Origin: Pseudonocardiaceae bacterium
Lineage (GTDB): Bacteria; Actinomycetota; Actinomycetes; Mycobacteriales; Pseudonocardiaceae
Length of the DNA stretch: 64,000 nucleotides
Reading direction: 5' to 3'
Assembly (NCBI GenBank): GCA_036503065.1
Contig: DASXXM010000151.1
Span: 2,539 to 66,538 of the forward strand
The position numbers were made by a program, and so were the translations under genes. This document shows, in pieces, positions 1-9,986 of this stretch (position 1 is the first letter of the stretch; the number at the start of each line of letters is the position of its first letter). The notes beneath the pieces are model-generated. The model was not told the DNA's origin and did no database searches. It worked only from the letters and a program-made list of their open reading frames with translations.

Positions 1-1099
1 GGCCGCGCCTGGCCCGCAGTGCCCGCGCCCGCAGGTCACCGGGTGCCGGCAGCGGGATCTCCGCGGCGGGAATGCCGTTGGAGTACATCGGCACGGCCGT
101 GAACGGCCACTCCTCCGACGAGCGAACCAGCACCATGACCAGCGCCAGGCAGGCCGCGATGCCGATCGCGGTGAAGACGACGGGGCCGACACCGCCGGTG
201 GCGAACACGGTCGCGGGTGCCGAGGAGCCGCCGACCGCCCTGATGAGCCACGGCCAGTTCACCAGCGCCAGGTAGCACCACATCTGGATCCAGTAGGCGG
301 GCATCATCACCAGCAGGATGCTGACGTGCAGGCCGACCCAGACCACGATCAACGGCATCCGCAGCGGCGCACTGACGATGGCCAGCGGCGCGGACAACTC
401 GACCAGTACCGCGCCGACCGCCATGCACCGGCACAGCAACGGCCGGGCCACGACCTGGCGCGACAGCCAGGGCCAGCGGGCCAGTGACGCCGACTGCTCA
501 AGGTAGTACCGCAGCGCACGGCCGTCGAGCCAGCGCAGGCCGCCGTTGCGCAGCTTGGAGACACCGCCGGAGAACAACGTGTACGACAGGAAGACCAGCA
601 TCAGCAGCGGCGCGAAGCCGGACTCGAACACCGATCCCGGCGAGACCAGCAGCGGCCACGCGGTGTGGTCGGCCAGCAGGCCGTCGACCGAGAACCCGTA
701 CGACACCGAGAAACTCAGGGCCGTCAACGCGTACAACGCCGAGTGCGTCGAGTGGTTCGCGCCGAGGGCGCCCGCGTTGACGCTGTGCAGGAACGCGAAG
801 CCGAGACACGTCACGATGCCGGTGACCGGCTGCAGGAAGCCGAGCGCCGCCGCGATCCAGAACGCGATCGTGAGCCGGACGAGCACGGTCAGCACCGCGG
901 GGCGCACCCACCGCAGGCCCAACAGTTTCACCAGGCCCGTCGGCGTGTAGAACAACGGCTCGGTGCCGGCGATGATCTTCGGGGCGCCCAGCGGGGACGG
1001 GCTGTCGATCAGGCACAGCACGAGCAGGCCGCCGTAGAGGACCAGCCGGAGGATACCGGAGATCGGCCGCATTTCGTTGAGCCACCAGTACGTGATCAT
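1..1099 (-). CDS. polytopic membrane protein, possibly HTTM/SdpB-like; C-terminus runs off the window start
   Basis: Minus-strand frame is open from the ATG at 1097-1099 to the window edge. It is absent from the ORF track because there is no stop in the window. My translation is MITYWWLNEMRPISGILRLVLYGGLLVLCLID...WPWLSRQVVARPLL...; it is very hydrophobic with many TM-like stretches and GC-rich third positions. Family assignment is by resemblance only. Confidence 0.55.
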   Translation of the reverse strand, partial: MITYWWLNEMRPISGILRLVLYGGLLVLCLIDSPSPLGAPKIIAGTEPLFYTPTGLVKLLGLRWVRPAVLTVLVRLTIAFWIAAALGFLQPVTGIVTCLGFAFLHSVNAGALGANHSTHSALYALTALSFSVSYGFSVDGLLADHTAWPLLVSPGSVFESGFAPLLMLVFLSYTLFSGGVSKLRNGGLRWLDGRALRYYLEQSASLARWPWLSRQVVARPLLCRCMAVGAVLVELSAPLAIVSAPLRMPLIVVWVGLHVSILLVMMPAYWIQMWCYLALVNWPWLIRAVGGSSAPATVFATGGVGPVVFTAIGIAACLALVMVLVRSSEEWPFTAVPMYSNGIPAAEIPLPAPGDLRARALRARRG

Positions 1100-1142
1100 G
1101 TATCTCGTCCATTTCTCGCAAAGTCGGCGGGAGTCGCGCGAC

Positions 1143-2144
1143 TCACCAACGGCGGGTCTCGGCGAAGAAGTCGGGGATGGCGACGGCGGTCCCGCGCTCC
1201 CTGGCCCGCTGGTGCACGTGGGCGCCGACGGCGATGTCCAGCACGCCGAGCCCGAACGGGGAGAAGATCACCGGCCGGTCGGCCGGCACGGCGACCGCGC
1301 CGGTGAGCACGCCGGCCAGCGTGCCGGTGACGAAGTCCCGGTTGCCGGTGAGCTGTTCGGCCAGGTGCGGCGAGGTGTTCGCCTTCAGGCAGTGGTCGAC
1401 GTCGTCGAGGATGTTCGCCGCGTCGAGGACGACCTCGGGGGCGATGTCGCGCAGCGAGATGTTCAGCACGACCTGTCCCGGCCGGAACCTCTCGGTCACG
1501 TAGGGCGCGGCCGCGGTGGTGGCGAGGACCACCATGTCCGCCTGGTGGATATCGTCCATTGTGGATACCACGGATGCCTTGCTGTCCAACCGCTGCCGGA
1601 GATGGTCGGCCAGCGCGGCGGCGGACGCGGCGTGCACGTCGTACACCAGGAACTCGTCCGGATCGCACCGCGCGGCACGCAGATACGCACAGATCTCGCG
1701 GGCGATCACGCCGGCGCCGACCACGCCGATCCGGGTGCCGGCGAAGCCCGCGGGCCGCAGCGCGGTCGCCGCGACGGCCGCCGATGCCGCGGTGCGGGCG
1801 GAGCTGATGGTCGCGGCTTCCAGGCAGGCGATCGGATAGCCGGTCCGGTAGTCGTTGAGCACGAGGACCGCGGCGGCGCGGGGCACGCCGTGCTCGACGT
1901 TGCGCGGGAAGCTGGCGATCCACTTGATGCCGGCGAGTTGGACATCGGCGCCGAGGAACGCCGGCAACGCGATGATGCGCGCCTCCGGCTTCTCCGGGAA
2001 CCGCAGGAAGTAGCTGTCCGGGTTGACCGACTCGCCTGCCTCGTGCCGCAGGTAGGTGCGGCGGACCAGGTCGAGCACCGCGCCGCGGTCGGCCGACAGT
2101 ATCTCGTGGACGGCGGGCCCCGGGATCACATCGAAGTCGAACAT
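1143..2144 (-). CDS. sbnB: ornithine cyclodeaminase/mu-crystallin family enzyme, SbnB-like (L-2,3-diaminopropionate pathway)
   Basis: This is the C-terminal 333 aa of the 634-aa run-on ORF, starting MFDFDVIPGPAVHEIL. It has the Rossmann motif GVVGAGVIAREI. It sits 2 nt downstream of the SbnA-like gene (TGATCATG junction), the classic SbnA/SbnB pairing. Confidence 0.7.
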   Translation of the reverse strand: MFDFDVIPGPAVHEILSADRGAVLDLVRRTYLRHEAGESVNPDSYFLRFPEKPEARIIALPAFLGADVQLAGIKWIASFPRNVEHGVPRAAAVLVLNDYRTGYPIACLEAATISSARTAASAAVAATALRPAGFAGTRIGVVGAGVIAREICAYLRAARCDPDEFLVYDVHAASAAALADHLRQRLDSKASVVSTMDDIHQADMVVLATTAAAPYVTERFRPGQVVLNISLRDIAPEVVLDAANILDDVDHCLKANTSPHLAEQLTGNRDFVTGTLAGVLTGAVAVPADRPVIFSPFGLGVLDIAVGAHVHQRARERGTAVAIPDFFAETRRW

Positions 2145-2146
2145 GA

Positions 2147-3136
2147 TCAGCTCTTTTCGTTGGGCGAGACGCCGTCGAGCGGCAGCAGGGCCGCCGGGCC
2201 GAAGTGCTGCAGCACCCAGTCGTCGTTGTAGAGCGTGCTGAGGTAGCGGTCGCCCATGTCGGGCGAGATGCACATGGAGCGCAGGCGCCGGTTCGGGTCG
2301 TGCCGTGCCAGCCACTGCACCGCGCCGCTGACCACCGTGCCGGTGGAACCGCCGAGCAACATGCCGCGCGACGCCAGCAGGCGGCAGGCCCGGATCGTGT
2401 CCAGCTCCCCGACCTGGACCAGGTCGTCGAAGACGCTCAGGTCCAGCAGCGGTGGCACGACGCTGGCGCCGAGACCCGGGATCAGGCGCGGCGCGGCCGG
2501 TTTGCCGAAGCTGACCGAGCCGACCGCGTCGACCGCGACGACCCGCACCGAGCTGGCGTTGTCGCGGAAGTAGCGGGCGCAGCCCATCGCGGTGCCACCG
2601 GTGCCCACCCCGACGAACAGCACGTCCAGGTCCGGGAAGTGCTTGAGGATCTCCGGCGCGGTGCCCTCGTAGTGCGCGCCCCAGTTGGCCTCGTTGGCGT
2701 ACTGGTTGAGCCATACGTAGCGGTCGTCCGCCGCGCACCTGCGGCGCACGTAGTCCAGCCGTGCCCCCAGAAAGCCGCCGGCCGGATCGGGGGTGTCGAG
2801 GACGACCAGTTCGGTGCCCAGCGCCCGGATCATGGCCGCGGTGATCTGGTTGCACCGGGTGTCGGTCACGCAGGTGAACCGCAGGCCCTTGTGCGCCGCG
2901 ATGACGCTGAGCGCCACCCCCAGGTTGCCCGACGACGACTCGATCAGCACCGAGTCCGGGCCGATCAGGGCGTCCCGCTCGGCCGCGGCGATCATCGACG
3001 CGGCCGTGCGCAGCTTGATGGACCCGCCGAAGTTCATGCCTTCGCACTTGAGGTGCAGCTCATGCCCCACCAGCGGGCCGAGATCCACGAAGAAATCGGG
3101 CTGGATCAGCTCGTGTGGTCCCAATGTGGCGGTCAC
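2147..3136 (-). CDS. sbnA: PLP-dependent cysteine-synthase-fold enzyme, SbnA-like
   Basis: The ORF is 2147..3178. The likely start is the GTG at 3136, preceded by GAGGAG. PLP-lysine context is NFGGSIKLRTAASMI, with the glycine loop GVGTGGTAMG and SSGNLGVALS. It is adjacent to the SbnB-like gene. Confidence 0.7.
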   Translation of the reverse strand: MTATLGPHELIQPDFFVDLGPLVGHELHLKCEGMNFGGSIKLRTAASMIAAAERDALIGPDSVLIESSSGNLGVALSVIAAHKGLRFTCVTDTRCNQITAAMIRALGTELVVLDTPDPAGGFLGARLDYVRRRCAADDRYVWLNQYANEANWGAHYEGTAPEILKHFPDLDVLFVGVGTGGTAMGCARYFRDNASSVRVVAVDAVGSVSFGKPAAPRLIPGLGASVVPPLLDLSVFDDLVQVGELDTIRACRLLASRGMLLGGSTGTVVSGAVQWLARHDPNRRLRSMCISPDMGDRYLSTLYNDDWVLQHFGPAALLPLDGVSPNEKS

Positions 3137-3161
3137 GATTCTCCTCTTTGCTTCGTTGTGG

Positions 3162-4823
3162 TCACAGCGACAGCACACCCGCGTCGACGGTGGCTCGGGT
3201 CACGTTCACCACGACGTCGGCCGCGGCGAGCAGATCTTCGTTACGTGATACGACAATCCACGCGGCAGGCCACTGCCGGGGCAGCGTCGCCCAGATGGCG
3301 CGGGCGGTCGGACCGTCCAATGAGGAGTCACAGTCGTCGACAACGTACAGATCGGCGGGACGGCACAGCATCCTTGCCAGTGACAGGCGTTGTCGCTGGC
3401 CACCGGACAACTGGCCCGCGGTGCCCGAGTCGATCCAGGTGTCCAGCCCACGCGGCAGTTCCTCGGAGCCGGAGCACAGCCGTACCGCCGCCATGGCGGC
3501 CTCGACCCGCGCCGGGGTGACGTCGTCCGAACCAAGGGTCAGGTTGTCCAACAGGCTGCCGTGCACGAACTTCGCCTGCTGCCGGGCGTAGCCGACCCGT
3601 GGCGCACCGAGCCGCGACCGGTCGCCGGCGACTTCCGCGCCGTTCCACCGGATGCTGCCGGTGGTGCCGGGCTGGAGGCCGAGCAGGCTGCGGACCACCA
3701 GGCTCTTGCCCGACCCGAGCTCGCCGGTGATGACCACGAGTTCGCCGGGGCGCACCTGGAAGCTCACGGGTCGAGGGGCGGTGGCACCGACGGGCGCGGC
3801 ACAGGTCAGGTCGGTGACGGTCAGTTCACGCAGCGGCCGGACGTCGTTGGAGGCGGGCCGGGGCGGCTCGTCGCCTGCGAGTTCGGCGAGTCGCCGGTAG
3901 GAGACCCGGCCGCTCTGGTAGCGCGCGAGGATCTTGCCGAAGAAGTACATCTGCTGGCCGAGCCACGACGCGTAGGTCAGAAAGAGCACCAGCTTGCCGG
4001 CGCTGAAGTCGCCGCGCGCCACGCTCAGGCTGACGGTCAGCAGCACCACACCGGTGCCGACCATCACCAGGTTGTAGAACAGGTCCGACAGGAGGTCCAG
4101 GTAGATCTGGTGGCGCAACTGCACGGTGCGGCGCCAGGCGAACCGCCGGTACAGCCCCGCCAGCCTGCCGGTCATCGCGCCGGCCAGCCGCAGGTCACGG
4201 ACGCCGGTCAGGGTGTCGGTGATCTCCGCGCTGATCATGCCCTGCCGGACACGGGTTTCCGCCTGGGTCGCGGCCACCCGCTTCTTGAGCATCACCGAGG
4301 CCACCAGGCCGCCTGCCAGCAGCACCAGCGGGATGGTCATCACGAGGTCCGCGGTCGCCAGCACGGCGACGGCGATCACGAGCAGCACCGAACGGTAGAT
4401 CAGGTCGGTGGTCCACTCGAGCAGGCCGCCGATCTCGTCGCTGTCGTCGCGCAGCCGATTGAGGATCTCCCCGCTGCCGCGTGCCGGTCCCAGTGCGGTC
4501 GGCCGCCCGAGCAGCCGCCCCAGTACCTCGGTCTTGATCCAGGCGCTGGTGCGGAAGATCAGGACGAAGGTCAGTTGCAGGCCGATCCACAGTGCCACGG
4601 CCCGCAACACCATCAGCGCCACCGCCGCCCCGAGCAGCCACCACGTCGCCGCCGTGACGGGCGGATGCGCCGCGTGATCGAGCATGGCGGCGATCAGCGC
4701 GCCGATGATCAGCGGTACGCCGTAGATCGTGCTCCACACGGCCATCGTCGAGAGGTACAGGCCCTTCACCCGGACGGCCGCACCGCGCAGGAAACGGCCG
4801 AACCCCAGCTGTTCGGTGTTCAT
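3162..4823 (-). CDS. ABC exporter, fused permease-ATPase
   Basis: True start is MNTEQLGFGRF, inside the 723-aa ORF. The N-terminal half has six TM-like segments. Walker A is GELGSGKS and the ABC signature is LSGGQRQRLSLARML. It has an ATGA overlap with the upstream ABC gene. Confidence 0.85.
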   Translation of the reverse strand: MNTEQLGFGRFLRGAAVRVKGLYLSTMAVWSTIYGVPLIIGALIAAMLDHAAHPPVTAATWWLLGAAVALMVLRAVALWIGLQLTFVLIFRTSAWIKTEVLGRLLGRPTALGPARGSGEILNRLRDDSDEIGGLLEWTTDLIYRSVLLVIAVAVLATADLVMTIPLVLLAGGLVASVMLKKRVAATQAETRVRQGMISAEITDTLTGVRDLRLAGAMTGRLAGLYRRFAWRRTVQLRHQIYLDLLSDLFYNLVMVGTGVVLLTVSLSVARGDFSAGKLVLFLTYASWLGQQMYFFGKILARYQSGRVSYRRLAELAGDEPPRPASNDVRPLRELTVTDLTCAAPVGATAPRPVSFQVRPGELVVITGELGSGKSLVVRSLLGLQPGTTGSIRWNGAEVAGDRSRLGAPRVGYARQQAKFVHGSLLDNLTLGSDDVTPARVEAAMAAVRLCSGSEELPRGLDTWIDSGTAGQLSGGQRQRLSLARMLCRPADLYVVDDCDSSLDGPTARAIWATLPRQWPAAWIVVSRNEDLLAAADVVVNVTRATVDAGVLSL

Positions 4824-6547
4824 TTCGCTCCCACCACTCGACCGCCGTCCATCGTCATCAGTTCGTCGACGCCGACCAGGGTGGCCATCCGGTGTTCGAC
4901 CATCACGACCGTGCGGTCGCGCATGACCAGCTCCAGCAGGTCCGTCCAGCTCCGCTCGGTCTCGGCGTCGAATCGCGACGTGCCCTCGTCGACCACCAGC
5001 ACGCTGTAGGGGCGCAGCAGCGCGCGGGCACCGACGAGCACCTGCGACTCGCCCTCGGACAGCGTCCTGGCATCCGCGCCGACCCGGGTGCGCAGCCCGG
5101 CCGGCAGGTCCCGTACCCAGTCGGCCGCGTTGAGGCGGTCCAGCACCTGCCAGACGCGGTCCTCGGACACGGAATCGTCGAAGAGCGTGATGTTCTCGTA
5201 GACCGACGCGCTGAACACGTGCGCCCGCTGGCTGAGCACGGTCACCCGGCGGGCGAACTCCAGCGGCGGCAGCCGCCGCACGTCGACACCGCCGATCCGC
5301 ACCCGGCCCTGCCCCGGTTCGCCGAGGCCGCACAGCAGGTTGATCACCGTGCTCTTGCCGGCGCCGGTCGGCCCGACGATGCCGAGACTGCGCCCCGGCG
5401 CCACGGTGAACGACACGTCACGTAGTACGGGAGTGTCGCCGTAGCCGAAGGTGACGTGGTCGAACTCGATCCCGAGTGGACCGTCCGGCAGCGATACCGC
5501 AGGCGGCTCGGGGGTGCCGGTCGCCGTCTCGGCCGGCAGGGTGCGTGCGGCGATGGCCAGCACGGCGAACATCTGCTGCATCTGGCCGGACTGGGAGGAC
5601 ATGTCCTCCAGCGGTCCCTGCAACAGGTTCACGTACAGGTAGATCATGGTCAGGGTGCCGATGGTGATGCTGCCCAGTTGCAGTTCGCGCAGGCCGAAAC
5701 CGAAGCCGATGGCGAAGAAGACCGCGGTGCACAGTTGCGTCACCGGCCAGAAGATCCGGCCGCTGATGTAGGCGCGCCCCTCCGTGTGCAGCAGCGCGGC
5801 GAGGTCGGCCCTGGTCCGGTCCGCCGCCCACCGGGAGCGGCCCAGCATCAGCAGATCGTCGCGTGCGCCAATCGCGTCGCCGACGAAGCCGAACAGCTTC
5901 GCCTGCTGGCCCCGCGCCTTCTCCCAGCGCACCCGCGAACGCCGGGACAGCCGGGTCAACACGAAGCACACGACCACGATCAGCACCAGAATACCCAGCC
6001 CCGCCTGGGGCACCACCAGCGACATGGCAACGACCGTGCCGGCGCCGACCAGCACGTTGCTGATCATCCGGAACCCGGACGTGGCGATGGCCTGACCGAC
6101 GATGTCGGCGCTGCCCGACACCTGCTCCAGCACCTGGCCGACCGGCCGGTTCTCCACCTCCAGCACCGGCGCTTCGACCGCGACGTGGTGCAACAACCGC
6201 ATCCGCAGGCTGTCGGCGATGCGCCAACCCGCGTGCACGGCGAGATAGCTGGAGCAGATCCGCGCCGCGCCACCGGTCACCGCGATGACCAGGTACCACA
6301 CGGCGATCGTGATCAGGACGGACTGCGTGGTACCGCCGGTCGCCCGGTCCACGAACCGCTGCACCAGCATGGGGCCGGCCAGCGTGGCCAGCACGCTGAC
6401 GGTGAGGACGGCCAGCGCGATCAGCGCGGTCCCGGTGACCGGCCGGATTTCCCGCAGCAGCAGGCGAAGCGCTGCCGAACGGGAGTCTCTTGTGCCGGAC
6501 ACCCGACCTCCATTGGATTCCACTGTGGACGACTGCCGGCGCGTCAT
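4820..6547 (-). CDS. ABC exporter, fused permease-ATPase (probable heterodimer partner)
   Basis: 575-aa ORF. Walker A is GPTGAGKST and the signature-like motif is LSEGESQVL. The N-terminal half is a TM domain. ATGA overlaps on both sides. Confidence 0.85.
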   Translation of the reverse strand: MTRRQSSTVESNGGRVSGTRDSRSAALRLLLREIRPVTGTALIALAVLTVSVLATLAGPMLVQRFVDRATGGTTQSVLITIAVWYLVIAVTGGAARICSSYLAVHAGWRIADSLRMRLLHHVAVEAPVLEVENRPVGQVLEQVSGSADIVGQAIATSGFRMISNVLVGAGTVVAMSLVVPQAGLGILVLIVVVCFVLTRLSRRSRVRWEKARGQQAKLFGFVGDAIGARDDLLMLGRSRWAADRTRADLAALLHTEGRAYISGRIFWPVTQLCTAVFFAIGFGFGLRELQLGSITIGTLTMIYLYVNLLQGPLEDMSSQSGQMQQMFAVLAIAARTLPAETATGTPEPPAVSLPDGPLGIEFDHVTFGYGDTPVLRDVSFTVAPGRSLGIVGPTGAGKSTVINLLCGLGEPGQGRVRIGGVDVRRLPPLEFARRVTVLSQRAHVFSASVYENITLFDDSVSEDRVWQVLDRLNAADWVRDLPAGLRTRVGADARTLSEGESQVLVGARALLRPYSVLVVDEGTSRFDAETERSWTDLLELVMRDRTVVMVEHRMATLVGVDELMTMDGGRVVGAK

Positions 6548-8307
6548 GCTGCCTGCCGGAGTTTGGTGTCCAGGACGGACGCGAGGTCCCGCAGGACGGT
6601 GTTGTTGAGTACCACCGGGAAGGTGAGCGACGTGCCCAGCTCCCGGTTCACCCGGTGGTGCATGCGGAAGGCGAGCAGCGAGTGGCCGCCGAGCCCGAAG
6701 AAGTCCTCGTCCCGCCCCACCCGTTCGGTGTTGAGCAGTTCCGCCCAGAGCGTGGCCAGGTACCGCTCGGTGTCGGTTTCCGGTGCCACGTAGGCGTCCT
6801 CGCGCTCCCGCTGCGCCGCGAGCAGTTCGTACAGGGCCGCCGTGTCCCGCTTGCCGTGCTCCGTGGCGGGAATCCGCGGCAGCACGACGAACTGGCTGGG
6901 CACCATGAAGTCCGGCAGGTCGCGCTGGGCCCGCGCGCGCAGTTCCGCGGTCCCCAGGCCGTCGTCGACCACCACGAACGCGACGAGACGGCGGTCGTTG
7001 CCGGTGCCGTGCGGCAGGACGACGGCGTCGGTCACCTCGGCGTGCCGCAGCAGGCCGCGCTCGACCTCACCGGGTTCGACGCGGTAACCGCGGATCTTCA
7101 CCTGGTTGTCGGCCCGGCCGACGAAGAGGAACGTGCCGTCCGCCCGCTGACGCACCAGGTCGCCGGTCCGATAGGCACGCACGGCGCCGTCGCTGTCGGG
7201 CAACGTGACGAAGCGCTCGTCGGTCAGGTCGGGGCGGTCCAGGTAGCCGCGTGCCACGCCGGGCCCCGCGATGAACAGTTCGCCGGTCTCCCCCACGGCG
7301 ACCGGCCCGCGGTCCTGGTCGAGCACCCACAGCGACGTCCCGGCCAGCGCGCGCCCGATCGGGATCGTGTCGGACTCCGCGTCCTGCCCGGTCACCTCGT
7401 GCAGGGTGCAGGCCGTGGTGATCTCGGCGGGCCCGTAGAGGTTGAAGAGTCGTCCGGCGAACCGGCCGCCGAGCAGTGCGCGGCAGGCCGACGGCAGCAG
7501 CACGTCGCCGCCCACCTGAAGAATCCGCAGTGCCACGAAAGCGTCCGGGTCCTCCTGGACCACGTGGTTGACGACCATCGTCGGGACGATCATCGACGTG
7601 ATCGCGTACTTCGTGAGCTGGCGCTGGAAATCGGCGGCCAGCAGCTCCGGCACGGGCGGCAGCACGACGCACTCGGCGCCGGCGGCCAGCGTGGGCCAGA
7701 GCTCCAAATGGAACGCGTCAAATGAGACGCTGGAGATCTGTCCGGTCCGGTCGGCCGGCCGCAGCGCGGGCAGGTCCGGGTTGTACGCGAGCGACACCAG
7801 GTTGCGGTGCTCCAACACGATGGCCTTCGGCTCACCGGACGAGCCGGAGGTGAACAGAACACTGGCCGCGTCCCGCGGGTTCGGCCGAGACACCGGGCTC
7901 GTCGCGTCGGCAAGCTGGCCAAGGCTGACGATCCGGCTGGACAGCCCGGCCAGCCGGCTCGTCCAGCCGGGCTCGGTGACGACGACCTTGACCGCGCCGT
8001 TGCCCAGCATGTAATCGCGCCTGGCGTCCGGATACCTGGCGTCCACGGCGAGATAGGCGGCGCCCGTCTTGAGTACACCGAGGACGGCCGCGACGAGCCC
8101 GGCGGAACGGTTGACGTAGAGCCCGACCCGGTCTTCCGCCCCCACGCCGAGACCGCTCAGCAGCGCGGCGATCGCGTCGGATTCACGGTCCAGCTGTGCA
8201 TAGGTCATGGTGCGCGTGTCGTCACTCACGGCAGGCCGGTCCGAGTACTGCCGAACCGAGCGCGCGAACAGCTCGACAAGCGTGCCGCTGGCGGCGTCAT
8301 GTGTCAT
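6544..8307 (-). CDS. stand-alone NRPS adenylation-thiolation (A-T) didomain protein
   Basis: 587 aa. Adenylation motifs are LFTSGSSGEPKAIV, NLYGPAEIT, YRTGDLV and GRADNQVKIRGYRVEPGEVE. Carrier motif is FFGLGGHSLLAF. Confidence 0.9.
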   Translation of the reverse strand: MTHDAASGTLVELFARSVRQYSDRPAVSDDTRTMTYAQLDRESDAIAALLSGLGVGAEDRVGLYVNRSAGLVAAVLGVLKTGAAYLAVDARYPDARRDYMLGNGAVKVVVTEPGWTSRLAGLSSRIVSLGQLADATSPVSRPNPRDAASVLFTSGSSGEPKAIVLEHRNLVSLAYNPDLPALRPADRTGQISSVSFDAFHLELWPTLAAGAECVVLPPVPELLAADFQRQLTKYAITSMIVPTMVVNHVVQEDPDAFVALRILQVGGDVLLPSACRALLGGRFAGRLFNLYGPAEITTACTLHEVTGQDAESDTIPIGRALAGTSLWVLDQDRGPVAVGETGELFIAGPGVARGYLDRPDLTDERFVTLPDSDGAVRAYRTGDLVRQRADGTFLFVGRADNQVKIRGYRVEPGEVERGLLRHAEVTDAVVLPHGTGNDRRLVAFVVVDDGLGTAELRARAQRDLPDFMVPSQFVVLPRIPATEHGKRDTAALYELLAAQREREDAYVAPETDTERYLATLWAELLNTERVGRDEDFFGLGGHSLLAFRMHHRVNRELGTSLTFPVVLNNTVLRDLASVLDTKLRQAA

Positions 8308-8380
8308 CGATACTCACGATCTCCTGATTCAAGAGCCCAAAAATCCATGTTCGGCGACTGTGTGGCACACGGATCAACTC

Positions 8381-8393
8381 ATGAATCATTCAT
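8381..8393. promoter_or_regulatory. candidate operator palindrome upstream of the A-T/ABC/SbnAB operon
   Basis: ATGAATCATTCAT is a perfect 6-1-6 inverted repeat. It lies in the lower-GC 175-bp gap about 75-85 nt upstream of the 8307 start. The identity of any binding protein is unknown. Confidence 0.25.
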
Positions 8394-8482
8394 ACACGGA
8401 TGCCCGGCAACGGACTCCCGGTCATCTTGCTCCGATAGGGGACGCTTCTGCCGAGTCCGGCGTCACAGCTTTCTCGGAGAAG

Positions 8483-9901
8483 TCACAGGCTTTTCAGATA
8501 GGCCAGCGCCGCCGATGCGGCATGCGCGCCGCACATGCCGTGCGCGCCGGGGCCGGGCGGCGTGGCCGCCGAGCAGAGGTAATAGCCGGGAAGTCCGACG
8601 TCATAAGGGCTGAAGGTGAGGCGGGGGCCCAGCACCAGCTGCCGGACGTTCTTGGCGCCGGTCATGATGTTCCCGCCGACGTAGTTCGGGTTGTACTCGG
8701 CGAACCCGCCCGGCGACCGCACCGCCATGCCGACGATCCGCTCACGGAAGCCCGGCGCGAACCGCTCGATCTGGGCGATGATCGCCGCGGTGGCGTCCCC
8801 CGGATAGCCGCTCGGCACGTGCGCGTACGTCCACACCGGATGGACATCGCCGACGGAACGCCCCGGATCGGCCAGATACTGCTGTCCGACCAGCACGAAC
8901 GGCCGCGCCGGCATCGAACCGGCGTTGACGGCCCGCTCGGCCGCGGCCACTTCGGCGTACGTCCCGCCGAGATGGACGGTGCCCGCACTACGCGCCGCGA
9001 CGGCGGTCCACGGGACGCCCTGCGCCACGGCGAAGTCCACTTTGAACGCGCCCGGCCCGTATCGAAACCGCCGGTACGCCCTGGCGATCCGCGCAGGCAG
9101 CCGGTCACCGAGAATGTCGGCCACCGCGGTGGGCGCGAGGTCGAACATCGTGACGTCCGCCGCCGGCAGCTGATCGTGCGACCTGATCCGGGCGCCGGTT
9201 TCGATGGTGCCACCGAGTTCGCGCAGCTTGGCGGCCAGCGCGTCGGTGATCGACCGGGAACCGCCCGCGGCGACGGCCCAGCCGTGCCGGTGACCCGCGG
9301 TCAGAATGCCGAGTCCGATACTGGAGCTCAACGGGAGATGCAGCGGTACGAAGGCATGCGCGGCGACACCACCGAACAACGCCCGCGCCGCCTCGCCCGC
9401 GAACAGCCGCGCCAGGAGCGAAGCCGGGGCCAGTGCGGGGATGCCGAAGCGGGCGAGCAGCAGGGGATGGCGCGGGAGCCTGGTCAGCGGGCCCAGAATG
9501 TCCTCGGCCAGTTCGTCGTAGTGCGACGCGGGCCCACCGAACAGCCATCGCCACCGCCCGCCGTCCACGCCGAGCCCGGCCGCCGTCCGTTCGACCGACC
9601 GGTGCAGGACGCCCGCGGTGCCATCGTCCAGCGGGTGCACGCAGTCGATCTCGGGCAGCCGCCACGCCAGGCCGTACCGTTCCAGTTCGAGGCTGCGCAA
9701 CACGGGAGATCCCACGGCCATCGGATGGATCGCCGAGCAGTGGTCGTGCACGAGTCCGGGCAGGATCGCCTCGCCGCTGCGGGTACCGCCGCCGATCGTG
9801 TCGGCCGCCTCGAACACGGTGACGCGGACGCCCGCCCGAGCCAGCAGCACGGCCGCGGCCAGCCCGTTCGGGCCACTGCCGACGACAACGGCGTCACTCA
9901 C
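8483..9901 (-). CDS. FAD/NAD(P)-dependent oxidoreductase, phytoene-desaturase (CrtI)-like family
   Basis: 472 aa. The N-terminal dinucleotide fold is MSDAVVVGSGPNGLAAAVLLARAG. GC3 is high. Confidence 0.8.
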   Translation of the reverse strand: MSDAVVVGSGPNGLAAAVLLARAGVRVTVFEAADTIGGGTRSGEAILPGLVHDHCSAIHPMAVGSPVLRSLELERYGLAWRLPEIDCVHPLDDGTAGVLHRSVERTAAGLGVDGGRWRWLFGGPASHYDELAEDILGPLTRLPRHPLLLARFGIPALAPASLLARLFAGEAARALFGGVAAHAFVPLHLPLSSSIGLGILTAGHRHGWAVAAGGSRSITDALAAKLRELGGTIETGARIRSHDQLPAADVTMFDLAPTAVADILGDRLPARIARAYRRFRYGPGAFKVDFAVAQGVPWTAVAARSAGTVHLGGTYAEVAAAERAVNAGSMPARPFVLVGQQYLADPGRSVGDVHPVWTYAHVPSGYPGDATAAIIAQIERFAPGFRERIVGMAVRSPGGFAEYNPNYVGGNIMTGAKNVRQLVLGPRLTFSPYDVGLPGYYLCSAATPPGPGAHGMCGAHAASAALAYLKSL

Positions 9902-9986
9902 CTGGTGCCCTCCGGTCGTCCAGCAGTGCGGCGCATCCGCAACGTATCGTTTCGTGCTTCGTTCGGCAAATCTCGTTCGGTCCTAA

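Noticed and set aside
1143-3047. 634-aa ORF as a single gene
   Set aside because: Only the last 333 codons (from MFDFDVIPG at 2144) look like protein. The upstream part is Arg/Pro/Gly-rich antisense-type noise overlapping the real SbnA-like gene in another frame.
9959-9980. Direct repeat TCGTTCGG-N6-TCGTTCGG as a response-regulator box
   Set aside because: It is only 8 nt repeated once in an 85-nt divergent gap. It could easily arise by chance, and there is no cognate regulator nearby.
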